Below are positions 26,401 through 41,400 of a DNA stretch of 64,000 bases, in pieces; within the stretch, counting starts at the first letter, position 1, and every line of letters starts with the position of its first letter. The translations under genes were made by a program, and so were the position numbers. The DNA is from Callorhinchus milii. Its lineage: Eukaryota. The notes below the pieces were generated by a model. That model saw only the letters and a list, made by a program, of their open reading frames with translations. It ran no database searches and was not told the origin of the DNA. The stretch spans positions 97,962,001-98,026,000 of the forward strand of contig NW_024704742.1 in assembly GCF_018977255.1 (NCBI RefSeq), read 5' to 3'.

Positions 26401-29400
26401 GAGAAGCGCTTTGCGATGGCCAGAAGATGTGAAAAGTGCTATATCAAATGCAAGGATTATTATTATTTATTATTAAATCCCAAACCTGAACACTCGAGCA
26501 CAGCACATGTGATTCAAACATCTTCATACCTATCACCCATCCCAAAACTGCTTTCTATTCCCAGGCCATTCTGGAGGCCAAAAATAATCCCAATGTGCCA
26601 TTCACCACTCACCACCTCCTCCGCACAACCCCTCGATCATCATATCTAATGCCTTTTTGACCCTGACCACTGAGTGAAGGAAGCTATATAACTGCAAGTT
26701 ACTTTAATTTTAATCAGTGTGTCAACTCCATTGCTCCTCAAATGATTTAGCTCTGCAGTTTAAAAAATTTCCACTTACAAATTCAAACTATAAGTTAAAA
26801 ATAGAATTTCTTCATGCTTTCACATTGATGCAATGGAGAGAGGGTAAGGAAATTGTGTAGTTTAACTATAATGGTAATTCCTTCCCTGTTGGACTAAAGT
26901 GAATGAAAAGATTTTTTAATCAGGGTTTTTTTAAGATTTAAAAATTTGCCAGTGGAGGTGGGGTGGGGGGGGAGAAGAAAAAAGAAAATTCTGCAGGTAA
27001 TAAAGGAAAAAAGGGTAGAAGGGTAAACTGATCACAACAGGCACAACCACCTTAAAAATAAATAATGCATTTTTATGTCAACGTCACAGAAAGCGTGAAG
27101 TAAATGTCCAGCATCAGAATAGAGTCCAAGTAGAGGCATGAGTGCAAGTAGAGGCATGAAATGGGAAGAGAACAGTAGCTTGGTCTGTGCTGCAATAACT
27201 GGATTTGCAATACAGAAGTAAAGCAAACAATTTTGTTCACAAATGTTCTCTAACTTAACCCTTAATATGTAACAAGAGCCTCACCAGACAATCTTGGAAA
27301 CTAAAATGCATAATTAAAAATAGCTCTAACTAGATATAATAGAATATAGTGCAGCATTATAACTGAACGTCAATGAATTATGTAAGTGAAGGGCTGGTTT
27401 CATCATGTCGACCTGGTTCCCTTTTCTTTAACTTTGTTTTGTATGTTATTAAGTTGAGAAATGGAACCCCAGGAAGATGCTGTGAGCTGCCTGTGAGCAT
27501 TTACCAGTGAAACAAAAAGATATTTCAGGATTTCAGAGAACCATAGAAAGGTGGATATTTGGCCCATTGTGTCTGTGCTGGCTCTTTTAAGTCCTATTTA
27601 TCTGTGCTTTACTCATACCCTTATAGTTTACTCCTCTTTAGGCATTTCTAGGCTCCTTGCAGAAAATATGCAGCAATAGTTCATTTAATTTATTTGTTTG
27701 CTTCTTACATTTCAGAAACAGAGACCACTAGTCTGATGCCAAGTCTTACCTGTTGATTTAACTCAATATTTGGTTGGGAAAGCAAAATTTTCACTATTTC
27801 TGCAAAGAGGGAAAAAAAACAAGATAGTCAAGCATTGATTAATGAACATGAAAATACACCGCAATAGAGTTTTTTAAAAAAAAATACTATTGTAACACAA
27901 TTTCTTAGTAATTATTTTTGGCAATATTTACTGGAATACGACCAGAATTACACACACACACACAACATGGAGTGAATTAAGGCAAAACTAATTTATTGCA
28001 TATTGGCAGCCTTAGAACTAGAAGTGAAAGCTGTATTTGGATGAAAAAAGCAGCATGATAGTTATCAGCATGCCAGTTAAACAGGAACTACAAACAGAGC
28101 AAAAGAACAGTGAACGAGCAGAAGAAAATGTGAAGAGCCCCTAGAAAACAAAATGTACAATATTGCTACAAATCTAGAGAAACGTTTGCTATTTTTGTCA
28201 ATAAGTCACATAAACATATCTTCTCAAATTCGGGAGAGAGTTGGGTCTCAGAACTATATGTTGCTGCATCAAAGTTAAAAGTAGTGCTTTTATGCATCAT
28301 TACAGCACACATTAAGTGCTCTGAAAGACCTAATGTTACATCTCAAAGCATGTTGCTTTGACTATATGTAGGCTTCTCACAAAAAGTCATTCTTTGGCAC
28401 ACATTTCATCAGTTGAAAATATTCAAAAAGTTAAACACATCAAAAGTTATAAAATTATTTACATAAAGTTCATATTATATATAAATAAATAACATTATTA
28501 TTCATGCAACATTATTTATATAACAGTCAATGAACTGCCATACATCTATTTCAGTATAAATAGGCCAAAAACAAACTATAGGTTAAGCGGTATCTGCCTC
28601 ACGTATTGAAAGCTATAGAAAGCAGTTAGAATTTTGTAGTGTTCTGGACGAGTGAATTAACCCGACTGAGTAAATCATAAGATCAAATCTGATTAGAATA
28701 ATAAATATTAATTTCGAATGTTGCTGCTTGGCGATGTTCCTTCAGTGTTTAGCCAGGCTCATGCATTGAGCACTCTAAGCCAAAAGGAGCCTTACACCCT
28801 GACATTGATAGCACGTTTCCAGATTTATTGTTTAAGACATTTAAAGGCTTATTTTACTCAAGGGCTGTACTACCCTCAATCCAAAGCAGTTTCTTAGTAA
28901 GCATTAAAATAAAAACAAGCATAGCAGTTAGTGCGCTCGCCTCGCAACCGAGGGGTCCTGGGTTTGATTCCCAGACATGGAAGTTTCTTTACTCCACACG
29001 TCTCTGTTTACCTAGCTGTAAATAGGATTGTTAGTCCATTGGAGGAGTTTAAGAATCCCTCAAAAAATATCTGGTCACTCAATCCACGACTGCTCGTGGG
29101 ACACTGCTGTGTACAATTGGCTGTTGTGTTTCGCCAACAAAATACAGTTAATTCACCTTACAGTTTATCCTGTGAAACACCTTGAAATGTCTCGATGACA
29201 ATGATAAGGCACTATATCAAATACAAGGATTCTTATTATCTTCAATGATCAGTGCATTTGGACCAGCTGATACTGATCTCAATGGAACATAAAACGTGCT
29301 CCAAAGGTAAACCTACATGATTAGGACCTGCAAACTTGAGTGTAAAATTATCTATTGGTGTTAAGTCATATCTTTCCTGCACTAATGTAAGTTCCCCTAA

Positions 29401-32400
29401 TCTCTGTATATCACCACAGCAAAATGAATAACATGAAGGTAAATAAAGCTGCTCAAACGTGGTTCTGATAAGCTCAGGACATAGTTTTAAAATCAAGTCT
29501 CCAATAGAGTTCTGAGATGAGAAGATTTTCCACACTAACATGTCAGCTAACTCCTTCAAAGCAAAAACTGCGATAACTGCTTGAGAACCATATTGACGGC
29601 TAGACTGAAGAAAACAAATGCTGCACGGCACACTATCAAATTAGTGATGCTAGGACAAGGTCTAACAACAAATTACATTTGCATAGAGCCTTTCACGTCT
29701 GGAGGATGTCTCAAGGTGCTGGACTGCCAGGGATCCACACCTGAGTTGGTGGTTGGGATCAGGAGGGATGGAGGGCAAGAAGGGTAGGCATAGGAGGGTG
29801 ACCAAAGGCACAATCGAAGGAGGGTCTTGAGATGGGTCTTGAAGGAGGCAAGGGAGGGGGCAGGGCAGAGAGACTGTGGGATGGAGCTCCAGAGGATAGG
29901 GGCAGAGTGGGGGCAGAAAGACTGAAGACTCGCCCGCCAATGGTGCACTTTCTGGGCAATCGGAAAGTGGAATATGGAGGTAAAAGGAAGAGAAAGCAGA
30001 CCAGAGAGAGTGGAGATATAGGATTGATAAATTTTCCGGAATCTTTGCGATTAGCTTAGGGCATCAACAACAAAATTACATTTGTATAGCGCCTTCCACA
30101 TCGGGAGAACATCTTAATCTTGATACAGAACTTTTCCCCCTCAGGAAATGGAATGATAGGATAGTCTCCATGTGAGTTGAGGCAAGTTCAATGGCTGTCG
30201 TTTAATTTCAAGACTAAGAAACACAGAGTGAGAAATTAGTTGACCCCACCATGCTTTTACTAAACAGAGATCAACGGGAATGGTTGTCAGCCTAACTCAT
30301 TCAGTGGCAATTTTGCTACCACTCAGCATCTGGGGAGTTGGAAAGTTGTGGGTTCAAGCCCCACGTCGGGATTTAGAACCCACATAGACTTGGCTGATAT
30401 TCCAATGCAGTCCAGAGGGTGTGCTGCATTGTAAGAGATATCATCCTTCAGATCAGTATTAAAATTGAGGTCCCGCCTGCCAATTCAAGTGCACATTAAG
30501 GATCCCGTTTCTCTTTTTGAAAAGAGGAGTTTCTCCTGGTGTCCTGGCCAACAATCCCCAAATAAAATTGGTCATTCCATTCTTGGCTATTTGTGGGGTA
30601 TTGCAGTGTACAAATTGGCGTCGTTCACAAAACACAGTCACTTTGTTTTCAGTCTACTCTGTGAAGCACTTTGAGACACCCTGCCTATGTGAGACATGCT
30701 ATACCAAATGTAAGGATTATTATTAATTACTTATGGTTTAGACTTAAATCGCTAAACCAGTTGTGGTCAACCTGTAGCCTACAGGTCAGAAGTGGCCCAC
30801 GGGGTTGATAGAAGCAGCTCCCTGAACATTCTCACGCGTCTAAGTGAATCCATGTTCGATCGGTAATCTATTTTCAGTTTTTTTTTCTTGAATATTTCTT
30901 GATTTATGGCACAAATCAGGAAATATTCTATCAAGAAAATTTATTTCCGCACCATTGGTCTAAAGTCAATATACTGAGACATTTGCCTTTTACTAGATTT
31001 AAAATTATCTGCCAGGTCCGATTGTACAGGATATAATGTGTGTACTAGTACAAAGCTCTTGATTCTGTGTCATTCTGATCCATTATAAAACTCCATCCAG
31101 CCCAGTAGAGCACTTCGTCTGTTCCATCCCTCATGACATGCATACATTTTACAGCACAGATTCTATCAGCACGGCAGTTAAGTACTTTATTTCTGCACAC
31201 AACTAAGCTTACTGATTCAAAAATGTCAATGAAGTACTTCCAACTAAATTAACTGTAACTAAATTAATTAACGACTGCTATTCAAAGCAATTTTTTCAAG
31301 TCTTCAGTTGAGCTTCCATACATTAGAAGAGGTGCTTAACGTGTTCTGAAAAATAAACACTGCTGAAAATCTCCCCTAGATTTAGTCTTCCCTTCAAGAA
31401 TAAACCCGTGGGAGACTGACTGCCTTTTAACATATATTTACACAGACGGAAGCAAAACTGCATTAACTCCAGTGCTAGTTTTTAATGTTATTAAAGTGCT
31501 CTTCATTTAACTGACTCCTTAGTGAGATTAGCAATGTCCCTTTGAAAGTTCTTATGCTGCCCAATGTACTTTCCATCAGCTTTCATGAAATCATGTAGAA
31601 GCAAAGTTCAATTTGACCAGGTTGTAAAGTCATAGATGTCATTTCCTGCAATGCAATGGTGACAGCATCCATTGCAACCTTACAAGCCAAAAGTCAGCCA
31701 TATTTGAGGAATAAACAAATCAGAAAAAAGGTTTTAAAAAAATGCGTTGATATTACTGGTTGAAAATTTTAAAGACTAAAAATTGAAAAGCAACAACCAT
31801 AATTTTAATGTATATAAAGAATGACATAACATAACATTTTGAAAATAGGTGTGCAATTGTAACAACCCTAAAATTGATACAACATCTATCATATTGGGAG
31901 GACGTCTCAAAATGGATCACAAGATCCACTGAAAATTCATTTTTGTAGACAAGCATTTACAAAATGAAGGATTATTCATTCAAAGTTTGATCTGACTATT
32001 GGAGAAGAATGAGGTCAGAAGCCTTTCTTAGTCATTTAACTGGTTAGCTTCCCTTACTCCCTTTTTATTCAAGCATCAAGTGTTAACACTACAGCAGCGC
32101 AGTGCTTCACCCTAGCTACAGCTGGCATTGCATGTGCCAGAAACAAAATCACCCAAGCACTGCTAAGGGCACTGTAGGCATTTTACAATACATGGCTAAG
32201 CCCAGGCATACCCATCTAAAATGATTAGATAATGAAGTAACAATTCAATCAATATTATACCGAGACAAAGCAGTTCAACCTAATTGTGGCACTCTTTTCA
32301 AAAAGTAGGGTATAATTTGTATCCTGTCACAGGCATGAAAAGATCACCGTGAAGTGAAAATCAAAGTCACGGAGCAGGTGACAGCTAAATAGATAAGCTG

Positions 32401-35400
32401 ATTTCTAATCATCCTTGCATTTGAGTCCTACATTGGTTAAAGCACTCTAGACCTGGGTTCAATTCCCGGGCAGGACGATAAGATGGACAAGCTTCCTTAC
32501 TCCACATGCCTCTGTTTACCTAGCAGTAAATAGGAACCTGGTTGTTAGTCGATTAGCGAAGGGTAATAATCCCTCGAAAAACAAATCTGGTCACTCAATC
32601 CAAAACTACTTGCGCAATTGGCTGCTGGTTTCATTAACAAAATATACAGTCAATTTACTTTATAGTATATTCTGTGAAGTGCCTTGAGACATGTTAAGGC
32701 GCTATATCAAATGCAAGGATTATTATTATTATTTGATATAGCGCTTTATCAGATCGTTGAAAAGTCTCTAAATTCTTTCACAGGATTTTACTGTGAAGTA
32801 TAATGAACGTGTAAATATATTCAGAAATATTAAGTACATTTTACAGAAAAATATAATACAGCAAACTACCTATATAATGTTAATGGCATCTTGCTATTGA
32901 AAGTCTTACCTATGTGTCCCCCATGGCATGCCCAGTAGAGCGCTGTATTCCCAGCTTTGTCAAGACCATTTACTCCAACTCGATTATCCAAACATTCAGC
33001 CAGCCAACTTTCATTCCCTGAAACAACAAAGTGGCAACATGAGCAGAAAAAATAAAATGTGATTTTTTTGTAAAATCGTAACAAAACTCAACTCCTGATG
33101 TGACAGAGAATAACGAGGCATGAAGCTTTCCTTGCCAGTTGTATTAAATCTTGGTTACCTCAAGTAACAATTCAACCCATCAGTGCTGGCAAAGAAGTCT
33201 AAAAATACACAGTCCATCACATCTTGGTTTCGGAAACAATTTGGATACACATCAATTTGTGAAGTGTACACTTCCTGCTTCCAGTGTTGTGATGCTGCCT
33301 TCCTGTGCATCAAAAAGACTTCTGGATGTAACATCCCTTGCGACCATCAGAAAGGATCTTGAGATACATGCTGCTACTGGTTCTCATTCTTCTTGTGTAC
33401 TATATGCAGGCGCAGCAGGGCTCAATGTCAGCGACTAACCTGACAGCCCCGGAAATGCTGACCAGCTGCTGTAATACAATACACCCAATTATAACAGGGT
33501 TGTACTGTTGCATGACCTGATTATTGTCTGGAAATAACATATGCATGGAGCAAGACTAAAAAAGTGTTCAAGGGAAAATGACTGCTCTTTAGCGCAGCTA
33601 TCATTGAGATATTCTTACTGCAAAACAGCACAATTACACACGGAACATCCATCTCAGTTCAATCAGGTTACAACAAGTAACAAGCAAGTCTGATCAAAAC
33701 AGATTTATTCACACAGCATCTTTTTTGAACCACACGTAGTAGCCTACTCCACATTTCACTGGAGCCACAAGTGGAAATCCATCAGTTCTCCTACCTTACT
33801 TACCTCGCTTGGCAGCTTCATGCAGTGGATTATCAATCGACTCTGCACGCTCAGCAACTGCAGAGAAGAAATTAAGAAACAATTGCGATGTGAAGGAAAA
33901 TAAACGCTCTACAAATTCTGCAGAACTCAAATTTCAATAATAGTCCCTGAGTCCTTATACATTTGGGAAATTTGAACAGCCATCTTTCAATGCATCATTT
34001 TAGCCTCCAAGCAGATGCAACATTAATTTTAATTATGCTAGGTACAGCTTTGCTGATCTGGAGATAAAAACAGGAAATATTTGAAATTGACAGCATGTAA
34101 ATCTGAAGGGGGAAATTAGGATGAAGAGTCATATGTTTTCTTTTAAGTGCTGTCTTGACCCACTGTGGATTTTCAGCAATTTCTGGTTTTATTTAATATA
34201 TCTATAATTTGTGTTTCTCCTTTCACCATCACACAATGCTCAACTGCAGGGGTTGCTGATAAATTTCAGTCAATCTTTAGAAATAGCTTTCTAATTGCTG
34301 GAGCGGGGGGAAATATAGACTTAAACCAGTTCTTCAGAGAATCAAAATGCTTTAAAAAAATCTGGCTACCACTCCACAAACTTACCATAGTTGCTGGGAA
34401 TTAATCCTGTTCTGCCTTTGCTGGTTCCTTTCCACCAGTTGGAATCAGTCTGAGAGAAAAATATTGACGATGGTAAGCAACCAATAAATTCATCTTGAAT
34501 TCCATATGTTGAGGCATATGTAAATGTACGGGGGTCTTACCATGTCTGAAATGTAAAGGATGTCTCCCTCTTCAAAATACAATTCATCTGGCTATATAAA
34601 ACACAAATGCGACACAAAATTACTAAAAGAAAACAAATGGTGGGTATCATAGACTATGCAATTTAATCAGTTATTTTCTTTTCTGAAACTTCTGAAAACA
34701 GTCTACTGAAAATAATTAACTGTCTAAAGTGTACAAATTTCCCTCATAATAATGAAACCAGGTCAAACCCTCGAGATTAGGTTTGGGTTTCGCATTTGTC
34801 ACAAACATGACCACTAATAACATTCTTCAGCCAACAGGAAAAACAGCTTTTAAAATACCCAGCTCTGTCAGCACATCTCCACCATTTAAAACCAGATCTC
34901 GATCCCTCCAGAGAATAACCCCTCCGGACTCAGCAGTACAGAAATTGCGATGCCCTTAAGCGCTCATGGACTCATTGGTGACACTTAGCTTAAATACAAG
35001 GCAACCCACAACAAACTATCTGTTTAAGTCTCTACACTGAACCTCACCACGGGCAACACAAATCAGCGATTGTTTATTATACAGATACTTACTGTTCTGG
35101 GTTCAAATGTGTATAGAGCTCTGAAAACTTTGACGAGCCCTGAAAAACAGATTAAGGAAAAAAAAAATTGCATTTTACAAGACTTCAAAAATGCATTGAA
35201 ATAAAATTAAGTAGTTTACCATATTATGCCACATTTGATGAGGAAAAATAATATTTTCATTTTAAGCAATCTAATGTATTGGTCATTAAAAATCAGTTGC
35301 CCGTTTTTCATTTCAGAAGTATCTGCACTGAAAAAGTTTCTTGATCAAATTAATTCCCACTTTCTTTTTATAAATTGTATGTCAACAAAAAGCTACGGTC

Positions 35401-38400
35401 TAAAAGCAAACTAACACCAACTGCACAATGTTTTATCCTGGGTTGAATGATGAATGAAACTCCTCCTCCCACTGGACCATGACCCCACTGAACACCAAGC
35501 CATCATCACCGAGACATTCAATGATCTCATCTCCTCTGGGGAGTTTCCTCCCACAGCCTCCAAACCCACAGTCCCCCAACCACGCACAGCCAGCCTCTAC
35601 CTCCGCAGGTTTTCCGAAGGTGAAACAGATTGAAAATGAAAACTAGACATGAAACCTGCAATACTTATATCGGAATATGAAAATCCCACAAGAGTGAAAA
35701 TTAAATTCCCACCTTAATAACTAACTTTCCAGAAAGTAAAACATTGTGGTTGAAGATTCTATATAATAGGCAAATAACAATAACAACGTAAACAAATTGA
35801 GGGAAAGAAGACAAAGACCACATTATGACAGTAATAAGCTTTGCACTGTCCTATTCTCCTGAATGAAATAGGGCAATAGATGCCTTGAAAAGTAGAATTA
35901 CAGACATTCCAAAAAGTCTGAAGTGAAACGAAGTCTTTGTAAAGGCCTAGTGCATACAGCAAGGCACTAATCCAACCATCCTTCAATATTGTTATGGAGG
36001 GCGGGAGGGGGAAGAGAAAGAAAAACAAAAACAAAACTGGGGCAGAATTCCTCCATGGTCAGCTCATGGGGAACAACTGTGGCATTTAAAACCAAGCAAC
36101 CCATTTAGCTGCTTATGTTGTATAGTAGCCGCAGTGAGAATCAGCTTTTCTCGATCTTTTTAGCACTGGACATGCTGCTACTGATGTTTACTTCGATGAT
36201 CAGCTACATTTTGCTTCTGTAATTTCCCTACTGAAATACCAGCATGTTCAGAAAACGAAACGTTGTAGGGGAGTGGGGAGAGGGAAAGAACAAACGTCTC
36301 AAAGACAAAAAAAATCTTATGTCTCTTCTCCAATATATCCTCACCATATCCTTCCTCTCCTGAAAGCAACAGTGCATGGGTACAGTGCCAAAGGCTATCC
36401 CCTCCCTGACCAGACTCAGAGGCCAGTAGTTGCATTTTCATCCTGACTCAAATGGACCAAAGACAGACAAAGAGCGGGAGGGGAAATGTCCTGTTTTTCA
36501 AATGTATATTTTTTGAATACCCCAAAGACTCAGATTGCTTCAACAACTCCTTGGCAGTAATATGGCTATAGAGTGAAATTACATGGAAAGAATATCTATG
36601 GCTAATAATAATAAACATTAATTTTAAATACCATGACTGATACCATTTTGTACCTGGAGACTAAATATCATTCAAATGCATCCACACAGCAGTCAGAAAG
36701 AAAATGGCATTCATTTTTGATGTACTCTTACTTAGTTCCTCATTTCTAAACATAAGTAGGACATTCTCCCATAGGAAAAGAGAAAAGCAAATGGAAAAAC
36801 TGCCTATTTCAACCCCTGTGCTGAACTCCTCACTTACAATCAAGACTCAGCCATCAACAATGACAACTCTGAAGGAGTGTCACAATTAGCCTTGGCATTT
36901 CTAGGTTAGAGATGGCAAGAAAAAAATCTAACAATAATAATTCTTGCATTTGATATAGGGCCTTATGACATCATTGAAATGACTCAAAGCACTTCACAGA
37001 ATATACTGTAAAGTGAATTCACTGTATATTTTATGGGCGAAATGCAGCAGCCCACTGTGGAGAAAGGAAACTTGCCTAAAATTTCGCCCTGCCCAGGAAT
37101 CAAACTCAAATCCCCTTGCTTGCAAGGTGAGCACTCTAACCAATATGCTACAGGACTCTATATATTGAAGATTCCTGCTCCAAATTACTATTCAGTAGTC
37201 AATTGGGGTAATGTGCTCCTATAGATGTCATTTACATAGCCAGTGTCTTAGATCACATGCAGCTGACATCTCAAGGAGGTATCAGAGCGCCAACATCCTG
37301 CTTGAATCAGCACCTTGAGGAAAGCTGCAGAAAATTTGAGGGGGAGGGAATAAAAAAAAGTTGGCTTCTTGCATCTTCTTGGGGAGAAATATAGTCTAAC
37401 TGTGCTTCTGGAACTCATGCCAGAAAGAGTACACAGACACCAGAGACATTGCCATTGATTGGCAGAAGTAGTCTAAACTTTCAGCCTTACCAAAGCAGTT
37501 TAGTTCTGATGAACATAGGGATGGTGTTGTTGTTAAAGACTGGACAGGGCCATTGCAGTCCATCTGAACAGACCAATTCTTCAAATATCTGATTCTCCCT
37601 CCCCACTCTTCACCTAATCATACATCTATCTACTTGTCTTTCAAAGCTGTTCTCTACCACTTCCTATTCCTCATGTTCTTTTAAGGTTAGTTTCGTTGTC
37701 TCTTTCAGGCAGTGATTCAGGCCCCGAATTTTAGCATTTTAAGCTGCAATTTAATATTTCCAGCACTTGCTATTTTGAAAAAATACATTTTATATATGAC
37801 TGCTCGACAAAACTGAAAAACCAAGTGGATAATGGTATATGAGGCACTGGGCATAAAGCAGGAGAAAAACTGAAAGCTACCAAAACTTTAAAAGTAGTAC
37901 AAATTAAGTTATTTAGAAAAGGAGTTTTGCTAGCATTTATATATAGTCCCTTTTACATACAGAGCTCACCTGGAGCCTTGGATTATGATCAAACTTGGTG
38001 ATTCTAAAACAAACTCCTTTATATTGTATAATGCTGCCTATTGTGAGTCTTTAGCATCTGCAAATATGTCCCCACCCATCTAGAACATACCCAAGGTATA
38101 AACCCAGAATTCATCCACATCAAAGCATCAAATGAATGCACAAATAATGAAACATTCATCAATGCAACAATTGTGTCATCATTGTACATGGATTAACTGC
38201 AGCTGCAGGCAACTAGTAATAGCGTCCTTGTACTCCTTGCATTTGATATAGCACTTCATTCGATACAGCACCTCAAAACATTGAAAACGCTTCACAGTCT
38301 TCTGTACATTGCAGCTACGATATTTGTGGAATCCTGTATCTTAGTGATTAGAGCACTTGCCTCACAAGCGAGAGGAACTCGGTTTGATTCCTGGCAAGGC

Positions 38401-41400
38401 GAAATGTTGGGCAAGTTTCCTTACTCCACACACCTCTTTTCACCTAGCAATAAGTAGGAACCCGGTTTTTAGTCGATTGGCAGATCACTTTTCTGGCGGT
38501 AATAATCCCTTCAAAAAAATGAAATAAATAGTAATAATAATTTGGTCACTTAATCCACCACTGTTTGTGGGATACCGCTGTACGCAATTGGTTGCAATAT
38601 GTCCTCAGTTTAATGTCTCATCCAAAGGTTGGCACCTCTGATATTTCAGCAATTTCCATTGATCATTGATCCTCTCTGGGATAGACAGACAAGCAGAAAG
38701 GATAGTTGAGGGTCAAACAAGATGCTAAGAGGACAATAAGAGGATAAGAGAAAAGATTTTTCCAGTGCACCAATTAAAGTATGAACCTAGGGAAGAGAAA
38801 TAAGGATCTTATTTTGAAAGATTCTTAAAGCATTTACTGCACAAAATGTTAATATAATGGTTACATACACAAAAAGTGAATTGGGGTTGACTACATCATT
38901 CACAACTAATGTCAAAACAGCATTAACTGAGGACGCCAAACAGGTTGCTATTGGATAGAATCTTTAGACCAGTGACTTAATGAATAATTTCTCCTGTGTG
39001 GTATAAAATCACACCGAGCAGAACATACTGGAAATTTCCCTGTCATTTTATTCACTGAAGGCATACTGAATTGTAACTGTATTGGTCATTCTTTAAGCAC
39101 TGTATCAGCAAATTGCCCAGCCATGGGAGCACGGTGTTACCACAGCCATGATCAAACCTGTCCTCGGCACATGTCCACACTTTCCAGTAGGAACCATCCA
39201 TCATTATGAACTACAGCCTTTAAGTAAAGGAATTGGGGAGTTAAAAATAGCTGAAAGCAGACAATAACTCACCTTCCCCTTTTTGTCCTGCAGCCTAAAG
39301 CATTACTCAAGAATGATTCATCTCGTACAACTCAGACAGACTACAGCATTAGGCAAATACCTAATCTTAAAAGTGAGAAAAAGGACACATTACCTTATTT
39401 CAACAGCACACACTTTGGACTTCACGATCTAGTTTGTCCACTGGAATTCTGCACTGCGCTGAACTGTATGTTATACATCTATCCCACACTTAATGGCTTA
39501 AGCACAAATTGTTTCTATTTATCGGTTAATAGCAAAAGACAGAGAACATCTTAAAGTAACTCCACGTAGGAGCAAGTCACTTTAAGTAACTTCCAAGGAG
39601 CAAGTTTGGTGCATTTTGTTACACGAGGCAGAGGGGGCGAAATAAGTATTCCTCACTGACTTAGAATAGGGGAGATTTCACCAATAATTCATAAAAATGA
39701 CTATACTTGTCAGCAATAAAAAAAACTTTTCAAAGTTTCAAAATGTGCACAAATGTTCCTATGTTATCGGAAAAAAAATCCTGTTTGAGAAGGTGCCACA
39801 GCCACAATCTTGGATTGAAATCCAAAAGGAGTTTCGGGTTGTTTTTCATTTTGCTGATTTATGATAACCTTTGCCTTATCGTGTCATCGTGACGTCTCAA
39901 AGCGCTTCACAGCCTATACTGGAAAGTGGATTGACTGTGTATTTCATGGTTGTAAACTGTCCAAATTACACTGTGAGATACTTGATGGTGACAAAAGAGG
40001 AAGTGGTCGCCACCATTGTCTCAGGCAGTTTAAGAACACAGTGCATCTCATCAAATGCTGCTCTGCATCACACTAAACACTTAATAAATACTAAACACAC
40101 AAGAGCTTTTTTTAAAAAAAAGAGAGAAATGAACTTGCCAACTGAGGAAAACAATCTTTGCATTTCAATAGTTTAACAATGAAATATCTCAAGCCACTTT
40201 ATGGGTACTGCAGTTACTGTTAAGTGTGGTGATTATTTTTGTAGGCAAGTGTGGGATAGATTTGCATATATCAAGGTTTTCACACATAAACCACCATGAA
40301 GCAAATGACCAATTTACTCAGAGCATTGCTGGTGAAGACACTGGGAGAAATGCCCTTCACCATTTTCCTAAAAAACACACAATCACTCCACTTTACAATA
40401 TATCCTTGGAAGCGCTTTGGGATGTCCTCCCGACTTGAATGGTACTATGCCAAATAAAATAATTATCTTGAAAAGTGTGTGATCTTTAACATCCATCTGA
40501 TGAGCAAGGAGATGGAATCTTAGTTTAACTTATCTGACGAGACAGAAGTGGCAAGACAAACCATTATTAGCTGCAAAGTCTTAGGCTCTGGGTACAAAAC
40601 TTTTAAGTGTAGGTGAGACTAAGATGAATGTAGATTTCAACTCAGTGAAGAGGAAAAGGATGCTGGCTGGTGCATTTGTAGTTTGAGCGGAAAATTCAGA
40701 AAAATAGTAACCAGAAGGAGTATTAATATAACAGAAGAAAAAAATGTTTCGAAGAGAAAGAATCATTAAATCTAGTATTCGATTTAAGGAATGCAAGAGA
40801 GGTAGTAGAAATACAGGAGAACTATTGAAAGATTCCAGATAGGAAAAGACTTCTTTATTTCCATATTCTGGCACTTTGGTTATTGGAAAAGCTTTTAGTT
40901 TATCAGGCCACTAATACCATCCAATTGCTTTTCACTTCTCACCTTTGTTAATATTAGTCATCTTTCCGCATCTAATCCTGTCCTGATCTAACTTGGCAAC
41001 ATTGGAACAAAAATAAACCCATGTAAGCAGGGCTTGACCCCTCCCACTTCTATTTGAGCGATAACTTAAAATAAACAGTACTGAAGGGGTACAAGGGAAA
41101 AGGAAGTAAAATTGTTAACTCAATAAATTAAGTGCTTTGCAACAATACACAATAACTTAAATATTTCTCAATACTTCCCTTCCCCCAACAAAAATGAAAG
41201 TAACACTAGAGGGAAATATGCAACTCAAATGCAACTTCCTAAGAACTGCCTGGTTTAAAAAAGCAGCAGCCTAACAGAGACCTGCATTTTCGAGTTTCCC
41301 AAACAAAAAACCTGGCCTACGTGCACGATCTGTCCAGCCCTGACTGACTGCTATTCATCTGAATGAGGATCTGCATCCTCCCTCAGCTGAAGTCCAATTC

